Counted from the stretch's first letter, positions 1 through 12,556 are shown. The stretch: 64,000 bases of DNA from Eledone cirrhosa (GCA_964016885.1 OZ024747.1:52390001-52454000), one strand, 5' to 3'. Made by a program: numbers and translations. Notes: a model not told the origin generated them from the sequence alone.

Positions 1-179
1 GAAAAGAACAAGAAAAACAAGAAAATGTGAAAATCAATAAGAAAATAAAATAGTAATATAAAAAGCTGGCAAATGAAATCAATATGTGGGTCAGATGGAT
101 TCACTGACTGGCAGCAACATTTCAGAAAAATACTTATTTATTCAATATCTAAACTAAAAACTGCAACTATCTTACTGGG

Positions 180-400
180 ATGGGGATGATGGTGTGTGGT
201 GATGATGATGGTGGTGGTGGTGGTGGTGGTGACGATGGTGATGATAAAGGTTGTGGTGGTGATGGGGATGGTTAGGGTAATGATGGTGGGGGGTTAGTGA
301 TGGTGATGTTGGTTGTGTTGATGATAGTAGTGGTAGTGATGATGGTGGTAGTGTTGGTGATGTTGGTCATGTTGATGGAAGTAAAGTTGATGATACACAA
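180..400. repeat. Degenerate (GGT/GAT)n trinucleotide low-complexity tract
   Basis: Mixed ggt/gat/gtt triplets; the 272..529 ORF is a by-product. Confidence 0.8.
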
Positions 401-659
401 GTTGTTTGAATGAGTGAGTAAGGGTTTAAAAAAGATATTTTTGTTTAAAAGATGATATATAGATAACAGACTATATAAGTGTGGGGGAGGGGAAAAACAA
501 AAGAAATGGAACAGACAAGAACACATCACTGGGATATAGAAACATTTAACCTTTTTCTGACCATATTCTAACCAATAATATATTCTGCCTTTGTGTTTTA
601 ATAATCAAAGTAATGAAGAATTAGGAGAGGTTTACTGAAATAACTTTCCACTTAATAAT

Positions 660-845
660 TCTTTCTAACACTGGCAGCAATTTGTGAGAAGGGGAAAGTC
701 TATTATATCGACCCCAGTACTTAACTGGTACTTTATTTTATTGATCCCAGACAGATGAAAGGCATAGATGACCATAGCAGGATTTGAACTCAGAGCATAA
801 AGGCCTGTACCTAAATGTCACAGCATTTTACCCAACATTCTACAA
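660..845 (-). mobile_element. tRNA-derived SINE family A, diverged copy
   Basis: Contains cccagtacttaactggtactttatttt, gatgaaaggca and ggatttgaactcag (reverse complement of the B-box GAGTTCAAATCC), matching the other family-A copies in the window. Confidence 0.75.
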
Positions 846-2459
846 AAACTGTCCACCCAACTTCAATAGTAAATGTGTTCCTTATCTATGATCGAAACGG
901 TAAAAGGAACTTGTTGATATATGATAAATAGTTAACTATTTGTTATGTAGCTATAAAATTTCAGTCCAAGGTTTCAATTTAAATCTGAACACTTTTAACA
1001 TGGGTAGCATTGAGTGGGTTGGTGCTTAAAGAGTTAAGATATGAAAACAACAAAAAATGAAATTTACAGCTCACACCTATATAGGTTATTTAGCCTCCTT
1101 GAGGTGAGCATGGTTACTTGACCTGTCTTCTCTTGAAATATGATGACTTGTCCAGCCCATGCCAGCAAACAGATATATGATGATGATGATGATGGAACCA
1201 GCATGACACAGTTTGTGCCCAAGGCTGGTGTTTTTGTGCATTACAGGTACAATCCAACCAGGAGGCTTCCAAACACTTGGTTGTCTCCCACCTATAAGGC
1301 TTGGGTTGACGCAACATGCCATTCATCGTAACTGAACCTGGAATCTCAGGATTGTGAAGAGAATTTCTTAACCATATGGCTCAGTTGAGTTCACTGCTGA
1401 AGGAAATTTGAATACTGATTAGCAAACATCACCCATTGATGGATACATCGCCACCAATACATTTGGGGAGAAAGTGAACAGAATGTGTTAGATAAAATAT
1501 AAAGGTAACAAGACAATTGTGGCTCCAATAGCTATCAACGTGGATAATTCCAACACTTAAGGGGCTGCATTAAAAAAAATAACACCACCCCGGCTAAAAA
1601 AAAACAAAAAAACACCACCACGAGAAACCTCATACGAAATGTAACCTGATAGAAGGCCAGTTAAACCTACAAAGGTGTGAAATGTAATTGTTTTCCTTAA
1701 TGAAAAGCAAGCAGAGATAGTAATACCCAAATTAAAATCCACCAATGTTTGCAAACATGCATTCATATTACCTGCTTCAATCAATATTCATTAGTCTCTT
1801 AGTTACAATATTTCTGATGAAAGATACTGCCTATGATTTTCTAAGAATTTGGATGGATACACTTTGTTATTTTAAATCTGGTGTTTCAAGTATAGGCAAA
1901 CCAGGTTCTTACATAAAATTATGATTGAAGGTCAAAGTTAAAAAATATGAAGACTTTTAAATATATGGCTTTATATCAGAGAGCAAGGGGCAGTTCCAGG
2001 TGGTTTATTATTAAAAGGTTAAAGTAGTTAAGTTTAGTTATCAACACTGATGTTTGCCTGCCAAAATTGAAGGTCCTAGGTTAATATTAAGGCTTACCAT
2101 TGTAGAGTTTGGGGAAAGGGAAAAGATGTGAGCAAATATTTTAGCAGCACTGATTTAAATGTATATAAAAAAAACTGACTTCAAGACAAAAGATCTCCAA
2201 AACTTTGATGGTGGAAAAGGGAGTTATCCTTAAACAATTAATTAGATATTCAAGGCATTATAATACCTTGAATAAAGACATATTTTTTTTTTCTAAATAA
2301 AAGAGAGCCATGAAGGACATAACAATAGCAGCTAAACATTGCAGCTGATGAGACAAAAAAAGATTGAAGTCATTAACCTGCCTCACAATTTCATTTATTT
2401 TGTCTTGCATCTCTGGACGGTAATTAATTAGTTGATAAGAGAAATGTAGTAGTTGTTGA

Positions 2460-2700
2460 GATCAGACACACAGACACATTGACACAGACATATACATATT
2501 GACACAGACACACACATACTCTCACACACACACAGAGGCATACGCATATTGGCACAGACATACACATACAAACACACCCAGACATACACATACTGCCACA
2601 GACACAGACACACATACACACTGACAGTCACAGAAACACACACACACACACACACAGACAGCCAGTCACAGACACACACACACACACAGGCAGACACACT
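2460..2700. repeat. (CA)/(CAGACA)-type compound microsatellite
   Basis: Direct reading of the sequence. Confidence 0.85.
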
Positions 2701-2871
2701 AGCTGTTAATATTATGGGACAACTACAGTAAATATAGTATACTCTATAAACTTTGGTGTGTAGTCTGTAATTACTTGATGTAAACATAGCATACATAATA
2801 TTATCCAGCCCATATAGCAAGTTTTCAGTCTGAAAAGGTTAAGGTTAAACGGAAACCACACACACTAAATA

Positions 2872-2874
<3 letters not shown>

Positions 2875-2911
<37 letters not shown>

Positions 2912-2960
2912 CATGCATATGTATAAATATGTATAATATACATGTATGTATGTTTGTGTA

Positions 2961-3019
<59 letters not shown>

Positions 3020-3022
3020 ACA

Positions 3023-3062
<40 letters not shown>
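2875..3062. repeat. (AT)n/(GT)n compound microsatellite, representative of many such tracts (e.g. 7400-7850, 14190-14325, 18660-18715, 20860-20945)
   Basis: Direct reading of the sequence. Confidence 0.95.
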
Positions 3063-3067
<5 letters not shown>

Positions 3068-3229
3068 AGTAACTATTTTAGTGATATTAATATAGAGAAA
3101 GTATGTTGATGAAATGAAAGAGTGGAGAGGAAGTTATTTAAAATGATATTGATCAAGGCTAAATTATCACCAGTTTCAGCTACTCTCTGCTGTTACACTA
3201 TTCTGTAATTAACAAACCAACCAACCAAC

Positions 3230-4666
3230 AAACAACCACCACCAACACAGCCACCACAGCCACTACCACCACCAACACAGCCAATACCACCACAACCACC
3301 ACAGCCACTACCACCACCAACACAGCCAATACCACCACAACCACCACCAACACCAACACAGCCAATACCACCAACACCAACACAGCCACTACCACCAACA
3401 CAACCACCACAGCCAACACCACCACAACCACCACCAACACAGCCACTACCACCAACACAACCACCACAGCCACCACCACCACAACCACCACCAACAACAC
3501 AGCCACTACCACCACCAACAACACAGCCACTACCACCACAACCACCAACAACACAGACACTACCACCACCACCACCACCAACAACACAGCCACCACCACC
3601 ACCAACAACACAGACACTACCACCACCACCACCACCAACACAGCCACTACCACCACCACCACCAACAACACAGCCACTACCACCACCACCAACAACACAG
3701 CCACTACCACCACAACCACCACCACCAACACAGCGAATACCACTACTACCACCACCACCAACACAATCACTACTACCATCAACACAGCTACAACCACCAC
3801 CACCACAACCACCACCAACACAGCCACAACCACCAACAACACAGCCACTACCACCACAACCACCACCAACACAGCCACCACCACCACCAACAACACAGCC
3901 ACTACCACCACAACCACCACCAACACAGCCACCACAACCACCACCAACACAGCCACCACCACCACCAACAACACAGCCACTACCACCAACAACACCACTA
4001 CAACCAACAACCCAGCCACTACCACCACAACCACCACCAACACAGCCACCACAACCACCACCAACACAGCCACCACCACCACCAACACAGCCACTACCAC
4101 CACAACCACCACCACCAACAACACAGCCACTACCACCAACAACACCACCACCACCAACAACACAGCCACTACCACCACAACCACCACCACCAACGCAGCG
4201 AATACCACGACTACCACCACCAACACAGCTACTACCATCACAACCACCACCACCAACACAGCCACTACCACCACCACCAACACAGCCACTACCACCACCA
4301 ACAACACAGCCACTACCACCACAACCACCACCACCAACACAGCCACTACCACCACCAACAACACAGCCACTACCACCACAACCACCACCACCAACACAGC
4401 CACTACCACCACCAACAACACAGCCACTACCACCACAACCACCACAACCACCACCACCAACACAGTTACCACCACCACCACCACCACCACTACCATCACT
4501 GCCAGCAACACCAACACTACTACAATGCCCACCAACACTAAGAGCAGCAGCAGCACCATCACTACCACAGTGATCACCAGCAACCCCACCACCACTACAA
4601 TGATCACCAGCAACACCACCACCACCACAATGACCACTACCACTACCACCATTACTGCTATCACTG
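3230..4666 (+). repeat. Cryptic trinucleotide-based repeat (ACC/AAC/ACA/GCC/ACT) with a stop-free Thr-rich frame; candidate mucin-like exon
   Basis: Frame +1 is open from 3163 to TAA at 4672 and reads TTTTNTATT-like units. It has tttcag at 3174-3179 upstream and G|GTATGT at 4666/4667. The repeat itself is certain; coding status is not. Confidence 0.6.
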
Positions 4667-5217
4667 GTATGTAATTAACACAACAGGAATAGAAAGCTAT
4701 ACTTAAGAACCTTTTTATTTTTTTTTTACATAACACTGGAGACATTGGAAATATAAATTAAATATTATTACAACTTACAATTATTATTATTCTCGTTAGT
4801 TTAATTATCATGATGGTAGTAGTGGTATAGTTAAACAACGACTGCTAGATTGTAAGATCACAATAACTATATATCTAGCTATGTATGCATCCGGTTTAGA
4901 AGGGGGACTTCATATCCCTGCAGACTGTAACAGGGTTGGCACCAACAAAGGTATCTGGGTGTAAAACAGTGTGGAGGAGGGAGGAGACCCTATGATGATT
5001 ATAAAACCCCCTCATGAGACCCACATGGTTAACCCCTGCTTTAGCAAAGCTAATGACCTTAACTCTTGATATTAAACTGATTTTGATTCTACAATACAAA
5101 ACTGAATATTTAGATGTGTATTTATTTATCTACAGAGCTTCTGCCAAAAAGTCATAAAAGAACCTTTGTTAAGTTATTTCCAAAACATCAGAAAAATAAA
5201 AGGTGCATTACAGGTGC

Positions 5218-5345
5218 TTTATTTTATCAACCTCATAAGAATGAAAAGCAAGGCTAACCTCAGCAGGATTTGAACTCAGGCCCCAAACAGATGTAACTCT
5301 ATGTTGCAAAGCATGGTGTCTGACATTCTACCAATACTGCTTATC
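5218..5345 (-). mobile_element. SINE family A, partial copy
   Basis: tttattttatcaacc...gaatgaaaagcaaggctaacctcagcaggatttgaactcag...ctaccaatactgc. Confidence 0.7.
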
Positions 5346-5489
5346 CCCAACCCTTTTCATGATAAATAACAAATATAGTTGTATATGGAAGTACATTACA
5401 ATTTTGTACTAAAAATGTTACCACAGTGACTTTGGAAAAATGCTATCTTTGTTCTATATATGAAGTGAATTAGAAACCTGGATAGTAAA

Positions 5490-6195
5490 GTCAACCATTT
5501 TGTGACCAAATTTCAAATAAAAAAATTCTATTTTAATTAATTAATGAGGATTTCAAGGAATTAAATTATTTTTTATTTACAACTAAAATAGTAACTTAAT
5601 ATACGGTTCTTATATAAAATTATTTTGGAAGCTTTTAATTTAAATAAGAACCCTATAACCTTACTGAGGCCATATTTCTAATGAAATACACTCCATTTTA
5701 ATTAATTAATTAATGAAGAATTTTAAGGGATTTACTAAAATTATTGATTATTTCATTACTAAGATAACATATGCTGCTTATATAAAATTATGCTGGGAAA
5801 TTCAAATAGAAACCCTTTAACCCTATTGACTGTATTTCTAATGAAATACACTTCATTTCTATTAATTAACCCTTTACCATTTACATTACTCTATATATAA
5901 TATTTTCATGGTAAACATTACTTCACATAATATCGAATCTATGAAACTTTGATATTATTTATATTGAGAACAATACCTTAACATTAGAATGAGCGGCCCG
6001 TTACAGCCGGTTTGAACAGAAAGAAGTGAGAGAATTCTAGTCGGAGATGGCCGGTTTAAATGCTAAAGAGTTAAAGAAGGATTTTGAGGGATTTACTAGA
6101 ATTATTAATTATTTCATTACTAAAGATTTTAAATAGGAACCCTTTAAAATGGATGTCTTGTTTCACAGAACCAGAGCCAGTCAATTCTTTGACTG
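5490..6195. mobile_element. Tandem degenerate copies of AT-rich MITE family B, interrupted by the 5870-6070 element
   Basis: Three recurrences of ttaattaatgaagaattt..gggatttactaaaattatt...ttcattactaag (about 5535, 5700 and 5860/6075), homologous to 19749-19975. Confidence 0.6.
5870..6070. mobile_element. piggyBac-like non-autonomous element (MITE family A)
   Basis: TTAA|CCCTTTA...TAAAGAG|TTAA termini; internal sequence homologous to 14737-14956. Confidence 0.75.
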
Positions 6196-6574
6196 TGATG
6201 TACTCAAACAAGATGCTTCTTCATCTCACATTGCTTTTTAGGATAGTAGTTTTTTTCATTTCATCTCCCTTTAAAAAATATAAAAGGGGAGGGAGTGAAT
6301 ATGAAGAAAGACACTTGTCAAATTCTGGTTCAAAACTGTGGAATATGATCTGGAACACACAGGTACTGCCTGGGAGCAGGATTGTGATAAAGGTCTACAA
6401 CCATGTGGAGGTGGAGATCTCATAAAACCAAATGTTCCACAGTGAAGAAAAAGGGACTAAAGAAGCTATGTTGTTGACATCAGCAGGTAATAGAATAGCT
6501 ACATCATATCCCTATATGTCTTTTGAGGTAACTAAAAGGGTTGGTACTAGTTGTGTCTATCTTTTATTATCATC

Positions 6575-6760
6575 CGGATTGGCAGTATCGGTAGAGGGTC
6601 GGACGCTATGCTTTGACGCATAGAGTTACGGCCCTTGCCATTCTGAGTTCAAATCCCACCGAGGTTAACTTTGCCTTTCATCCTTATGGGGTCGATAAAA
6701 TAAAGTACCAGTAATTAACTGGGTGATTGCTGGCCTTGTGCCAAAAAGTAGAAACAATTA
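6575..6760 (+). mobile_element. SINE family A, near full length
   Basis: A-box-like TGGCAGTATCGG, B-box GAGTTCAAATCC, core GCCTTTCATCCTTATGGGGTCGATAAAATAAAGTACCAG, 3' end GGCCTTGTGCCAAAAAGTAGAAACAATTA. Confidence 0.9.
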
Positions 6761-7405
6761 TCATCATATGTAAAGATCCCATAACTCCTTGTCGTAGAGG
6801 CACCGTCATATGGTGTGTCTGGAGCACTTTAAAACCTGGTGGAGCCTAACCGTCCCCAGGTCTGAACACAGTCGACTTTTTCTATAAAGGAAGAATCGAT
6901 CCCAGTACTGGACTGGTACTTTTCTTCTTATTATCATCATATACTGAGTATATCTTGTTTAGAATTACATTGTATCCCTGTATGTCTTAAGAGGAGACTA
7001 AGTGGGTTTAGCATCAAGAAGGGCATCTAGCTGTAAAACATTGCCTCAGATAGAACCCCATGTCATGAAACATGCAAAGCATTGTTATTCTTGTTGTTGT
7101 ATCTATCATCACTGATCTTTCTCCTTACTGACATTATCATCATCATCATCATCATCATCATCAACAACAGTTATAACAACAACATAAGGACAAAGTGAAA
7201 AGCAGTGATGCTATAATTACATTCTTTTAAGTCTTTAAGATTGTATTACCAACGAGGAGGAGAGAGTCACAGACAGAAAGAGGTTAGAGAGAGAGAGAGA
7301 GAGAGAGAAAAATATGAAATTACTAGATCTTACTTATAATAGACAGGAATAAAATGTTAATTCAGTTGAGTGTATATGAGAAGAGCCGTGCACACACACA
7401 CACAC

Positions 7406-7467
<62 letters not shown>

Positions 7468-7659
7468 TATACAGACACATTACAATATATATACATACCA
7501 TATACACACACACATATATATATATATACAAACACACGCAACCTAATTTAATGGAAAGAAAAATCAATAGATTGTTAATATGAAATTATTTCTAAATTCT
7601 CAAAAACAACAAAATAAAAAAAAAGATTGATTTATATTCAAAATTATACATACACATAC

Positions 7660-7707
<48 letters not shown>

Positions 7708-7791
7708 TATATATATATATATAGATAGATATTATATGTATATGTATGATTAATGTAATGTAAGAAGTTTTAATTTTAGCCTTCATACATA

Positions 7792-7831
<40 letters not shown>

Positions 7832-8614
7832 TATATACACTCACATATATACATACATTTATAAAAGCAACAACAACAAAACAAAAAGAACAATATCCCT
7901 TTTCTCAGCCAAGGTACATACACACATCACACATGCACTCTGAAGCACACTGAGTCATAGAGTATATTAACACATTCATTTATGCACACACTCACTCATA
8001 CATAGATACATACATACATACATACACACACAAACACATATACATACATATATTTTCTAGTTCCACACACTATGAGGTATATTTAGTCAGAAGTGAATTT
8101 GTCTTCACTATAATAGCTCTGTAGGAAGTCATTCTCATTAAAAGTATCTATCTCTTTCTCTCTCTCTCTACCTCTATCACACACATATCTGTGTATATAT
8201 ACACATAGAAATGTATATATACACATAGAAATATATACAAACACACACACACCTATAAGAAGAATGAAACAACAATGAAAACACTGCTAATGAACAAAAG
8301 ATTTTACAGTCTGAATGTGTCAAATCTTTCTATTAAGTAGTGAGATAGATAGATAGATGGATAAGTATACAAACGTGTGTATATGTGTGTACATGTGTAT
8401 ATATATATATATATATATAGATGTACGTACACTCACACACGTGTATGTATGTATGTATAAATATGTAAACTAGTGAAACATGGTCCCCAACAAAATGGAG
8501 TACAAGAAAGAAATTAGATGAGAAAAACATTACTGGACAACCCATCACTCTACAGAATATACATATACACACATTCATTCACACACACACATTATATATA
8601 TATATATATATATA

Positions 8615-8810
8615 TGAAAAATTATGACCCTGACGGCAGAGCTCAAGCCGTTTCGACGGCTATTTCTGGACTCAAAGTCTAGAAATAGCCGTCGAAACGG
8701 CTTGAGCTCTGGCGTCGGGGTCATACTTTTTCCTATTTCCAACTCTACTACCCTAAGTATTGAGTACTCTGGTGCGTTATGGTCCATCCGGTTCCTTACC
8801 ACAATTCCTT

Positions 8811-8815
<5 letters not shown>
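8615..8815. mobile_element. Palindromic element in (TA)n; probable inverted Penelope-like pseudo-LTR remnant
   Basis: About 50-bp arms (atgaccctgacggcagagctcaagccgtttcgacggctatttctggact / agtctagaaatagccgtcgaaacggcttgagctctggcgtcggggtcat) with a 3-nt loop, then a unique tail containing ttgagtactct. Related copy at 13283-13396. Confidence 0.65.
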
Positions 8816-8849
<34 letters not shown>

Positions 8850-9706
8850 CACACACATACTTATAAAACAGGCAGCCAGTTTAAGGGAGAGAGAAGAGAT
8901 GGGTGAGAGACAGAAAAAAGGGAGAGAATATAATTGTACCATAACTGGAACAGTAAACACACCCATACACAGATATATACACATACACACAGATATATAC
9001 ACACATACACATATATACACACACACATATATATACACACACAGACAATCAATAACTTGTTAATATGGAATTATTTTCTACATTATCAGAAGAAGATATT
9101 TCATTAATCTTCAGTCAGTTATTATTTGTAAAGTTTAATATAGCAGAAAGATTTTATGCTATAAAAATGGGCAGACATTTTGTTGAAGAAATAAATAAAA
9201 ACATTAGGGAAAAAAAGATTTTAAAAAAAAAAAAAAAAAAAAAACTGCCATCATGTCTGTTGTTTATTTCAGGATCACTCTCACTCTCTCTCTCTTTCTT
9301 TCTTTCTTTAAAATAATAATCAATAATTAAAGACATAATCAGTTGTCTTTGACATATGGAACTGAAGAAATAATGAATAAACATTTAAACAGAAAACATC
9401 CAAAGAAATACACATATGAATAAGTGGATACTCAATGTTTGTATGTCTGTATATATATATATACACACACACACACACATGTGTGTGTGGCCTAGTGCTG
9501 GATTCACGGTCATATAAGGTTCAATTCCTAGACCGGATAGCCAGTTAAACCTGCATAGGTTTATGTGTGTGTATGTATGTGTCAAATCTTCTAATCCATG
9601 TAAGTAAAGAATAGCAAATGTAAAATGTTATATATATATATATATATAGGACTATTTTTATCATATGTAACCCATGTGCAACCACGCAGTATTCATTCTT
9701 CTCATG

Positions 9707-9757
<51 letters not shown>

Positions 9758-9948
9758 GGTTTGAGGTTTACCACTGTATAGAGCTGGTCTATTCCGTATG
9801 GTCAATCGTAATGCAATAATATAGAGAGTACTCAACGTAAGGCAGTTCAGCTGTCTTTGTTTTTGTAGTTGGTGGTGCTATTACGGAGTTAAATATTATA
9901 ATGAAATGACAGGAGGCTGGATTTGTGTAAATCCTTGAAAGGTTTATT

Positions 9949-10006
9949 ATACTATGATCATTTCAATGACCGGGTTCCGTATGGATCCGGTGATATCATC
10001 AGGTAT
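9949..10006 (-). ncRNA. Minimal type-I hammerhead ribozyme motif (left arm)
   Basis: Minus strand reads AUAC-CUGAUGA-UAUC ACCGG AUCCAUACGGAAC CCGGU CAUU-GAAA-UGAUCA-UA-GUAU: stem I AUAC/GUAU, stem II ACCGG/CCGGU, palindromic stem III, AUA triplet. Confidence 0.65.
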
Positions 10007-10162
10007 TCGAAATATAATACGTGAATGTAATAGATAAAATCCATGGGGCTGAAAATCGAGGGCCCGAGGGCAACCGCTATTCTGTTCCTTCAACCTCAGC
10101 CGGTCGCCCTCAATTTTCAGCCCCATGGATTTTATCTATTACATTCACGTATTATATTTCGA

Positions 10163-10220
10163 ATACCTGATGATATCACCGGATTCATACGGAACCCGGT
10201 CCTTGAAATGATCATAGTAT
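10163..10220 (+). ncRNA. Minimal type-I hammerhead ribozyme motif (right arm)
   Basis: ATAC 10163-10166, CTGATGA 10167-10173, ACCGG/CCGGT stem, GAAA 10205-10208, TGATCA palindrome, TA, GTAT 10217-10220, then AATAAA 10221-10226. Confidence 0.65.
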
Positions 10221-10274
10221 AATAAACCTTTCAAGGATTTACACAAATCCAGCCTCCTGTCATTTCATTATTAT

Positions 10275-10342
<68 letters not shown>

Positions 10343-10365
10343 ATAAATTAACGGAGGCATAGGCC

Positions 10366-10403
<38 letters not shown>

Positions 10404-10689
10404 ACATCCAGCTGTAAAAATCCCAGTCAAAATACAGTTCCATCCAACCCATGCAAGCGTGGAAAAATAGACGTTAAATGGTGGTGGCAATGATACACAT
10501 ACACATATGCATACTCCTCAAACATACAGCCATAACAGGACCCTATATATGTTTCAGTAAATAACATATGTAATATTAACTTGGCACTAAACCAAAATGA
10601 AACGGAAGTTAAATTATACAGATAAAAAAAAAAAAAAAAATTGAAATTCGCAAGCACCCATACCGGGAGTTTTTTTTTGGGGGGGGGGG

Positions 10690-10900
10690 TAATGATAGGG
10701 GGCCTCAGTTCTATCATGAAAAGCAATGTGAAATGAAGTATCTTGCTCAAGAACACGTGCCATCTGTTCTTATCATAAAAACTATGTGAAATGAAGTGTC
10801 TTGCTCAAGAACACAACTTGCCATCTAGACCAGTAATTGAACCCTGTAGCTTATGGTTGTGAGCCTAACCGCATAACCTTAACCAGTAGGCCACAAGCCT
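10690..10900 (-). mobile_element. tRNA-headed SINE remnant (family C) with an internal duplication
   Basis: gtgaaatgaagt(a/g)tcttgctcaagaacac occurs twice about 58 bp apart; related copies at 21170-21400, 22700-22910 and 32350-32550. Confidence 0.6.
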
Positions 10901-11799
10901 TCACTATAAAACTATTTCTTTTAAAAATGAAAGACAAGGGTATAAAAATGTTGGCAACTGAAAAGAGCAAATTGTTTTGGATTTTTATTTTTTCTCTTCT
11001 AGAAAAAAAAAAACAAAAAAAAAAAAACACTTTTTTTATTTATTTATTTTTTTTTATTTTTTTTTATTTATTCGTGGACTGTACCTGCTGCAGTTATATT
11101 TATAATAGCAGCAGCATCTAGTGAAGTTCTGCTACCATTTCTAGAATATCATTTACTGAGATACTGCTGAAATATGTGTGTGTGTGAGAGAGAAAGGAAG
11201 AGATGGTTGTAGCTAGAGAGAGAGAGAGAGAGAAAGATAGGTTGTGGAGACATAGACAACAAGAGATGTAGAGAGGAAGATAGGTTGTGGAGAGACTGAG
11301 AGAGACAGACAATGAAAGAACTGTGTAGAGAGAGTGAGAGGGAAAGAGAGAGAGAGAGAGAGAAGATAACAAAAACTTTAGAGAGGAAGAAAAAAGACCT
11401 GCCTGTGTGTGGAGAGAGAAGGAGAGAGAGAGGGTGGTGGTTGTAGTGAAAATATCAAGAATTTTATTGAAAGAGAGAGAGGGAAGAGGGGGATAAAGAG
11501 ATAGATGGTGCTGATGGTGGTGGTAGAGAGATAGGGGGGAGAGATGGTGGTGGTAGAGAGAAAGGGGGGAGAGATGGTGGTGGTGTTAGTGGTAGTAAAA
11601 ATATCAAGAATTTTAGAGAGAGAGAGGTGGTGGTGATGGTGAAAATATGAAGAACTTTAGTAGAGAAAGAAATAATAATAGCAGTATGAACTTATTTTTA
11701 GTTCTTGAAGTAGAAAGAAAGACATTTAGAATTCCATTTCAGTTGAGTTTTACCATTTTTAATAAAAACATAAGACAGACACCCTCCTGTCATCTCATC

Positions 11800-11990
11800 A
11801 CTGTCTCTACTACTACTACTACTACTTATACCATCACTACAACTAACACTACCAAACTACTACTGCCACAACTACTTCTACCACTATCACTGCCACTACA
11901 ACTATCACCATTACTACTATAGCTACCACCAGTACTAACTACTACTACCACCACAACCACAACAATTAACACCACCACCACTACTAACTA

Positions 11991-12030
<40 letters not shown>

Positions 12031-12035
12031 AACCA
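11800..12035. repeat. (CTA/CCA)n degenerate trinucleotide tract
   Basis: Direct reading of the sequence. Confidence 0.85.
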
Positions 12036-12314
12036 GATACAGGTGGTGTAAGTTCAGATACAGTCTAAAATAAAATACCCTCTTCAGATATGTAAGCTAC
12101 TGTCAGTTATATGGTAGATGTTATGAGATAAAGGTATGTATGTATACACGTGTGAGTATATGTGTTGGAATTGCATGCATGAATGTGTGTATATATGTAT
12201 GTATATATGTATGTATAAATGTATGTATATGTGTTGGAATTGCATGCATGTTGTGTGTATTTATGTATGTATATAAGTATGTATATATGTATATATATAT
12301 GTGTGTATATATGT

Positions 12315-12556
12315 ATCATCATCATCATCATCATCATTTTACGTCCGCTTTTCCCTGCTTGCAAGGGTGGGACGGGAACTGATTCTGGCTTGATTTCTAA
12401 AGCTGGATGCCCTTCCTAACACCAACCTCATTTACAGTGGGTGCTGGGTGCTTTTTTTTTTTGCCGTGGAATGATATGGACCCCAGTCCCTATCATCTCA
12501 TTTCTACAGCTGAGTAAACTGGAGCAATGTGAAATAAAGTGTCTTGCTCAAGGAAA
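12315..12556 (-). mobile_element. SINE family B, 5'-truncated copy with (ATG)n tail
   Basis: Reverse complement of about 13013-13277. Confidence 0.85.

Larger units (their letters stand above)
9898..10271. mobile_element. Long palindrome (about 165-bp arms, about 42-bp spacer); probable inverted Penelope-like pseudo-LTR pair
   Basis: 9898-10063 is the near-exact reverse complement of 10106-10271. Each arm has a hammerhead core followed directly by AATAAA, an arrangement typical of PLE pLTRs. Confidence 0.75.

Noticed and set aside
3198-4745. 515-aa poly-Val minus-strand ORF
   Set aside because: Antisense shadow of an ACC-based triplet repeat, with implausible composition.
6575-6660. tRNA-like A/B boxes as real tRNA genes
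   Set aside because: No complete cloverleaf; these are SINE heads attached to repeated cores and microsatellite tails.
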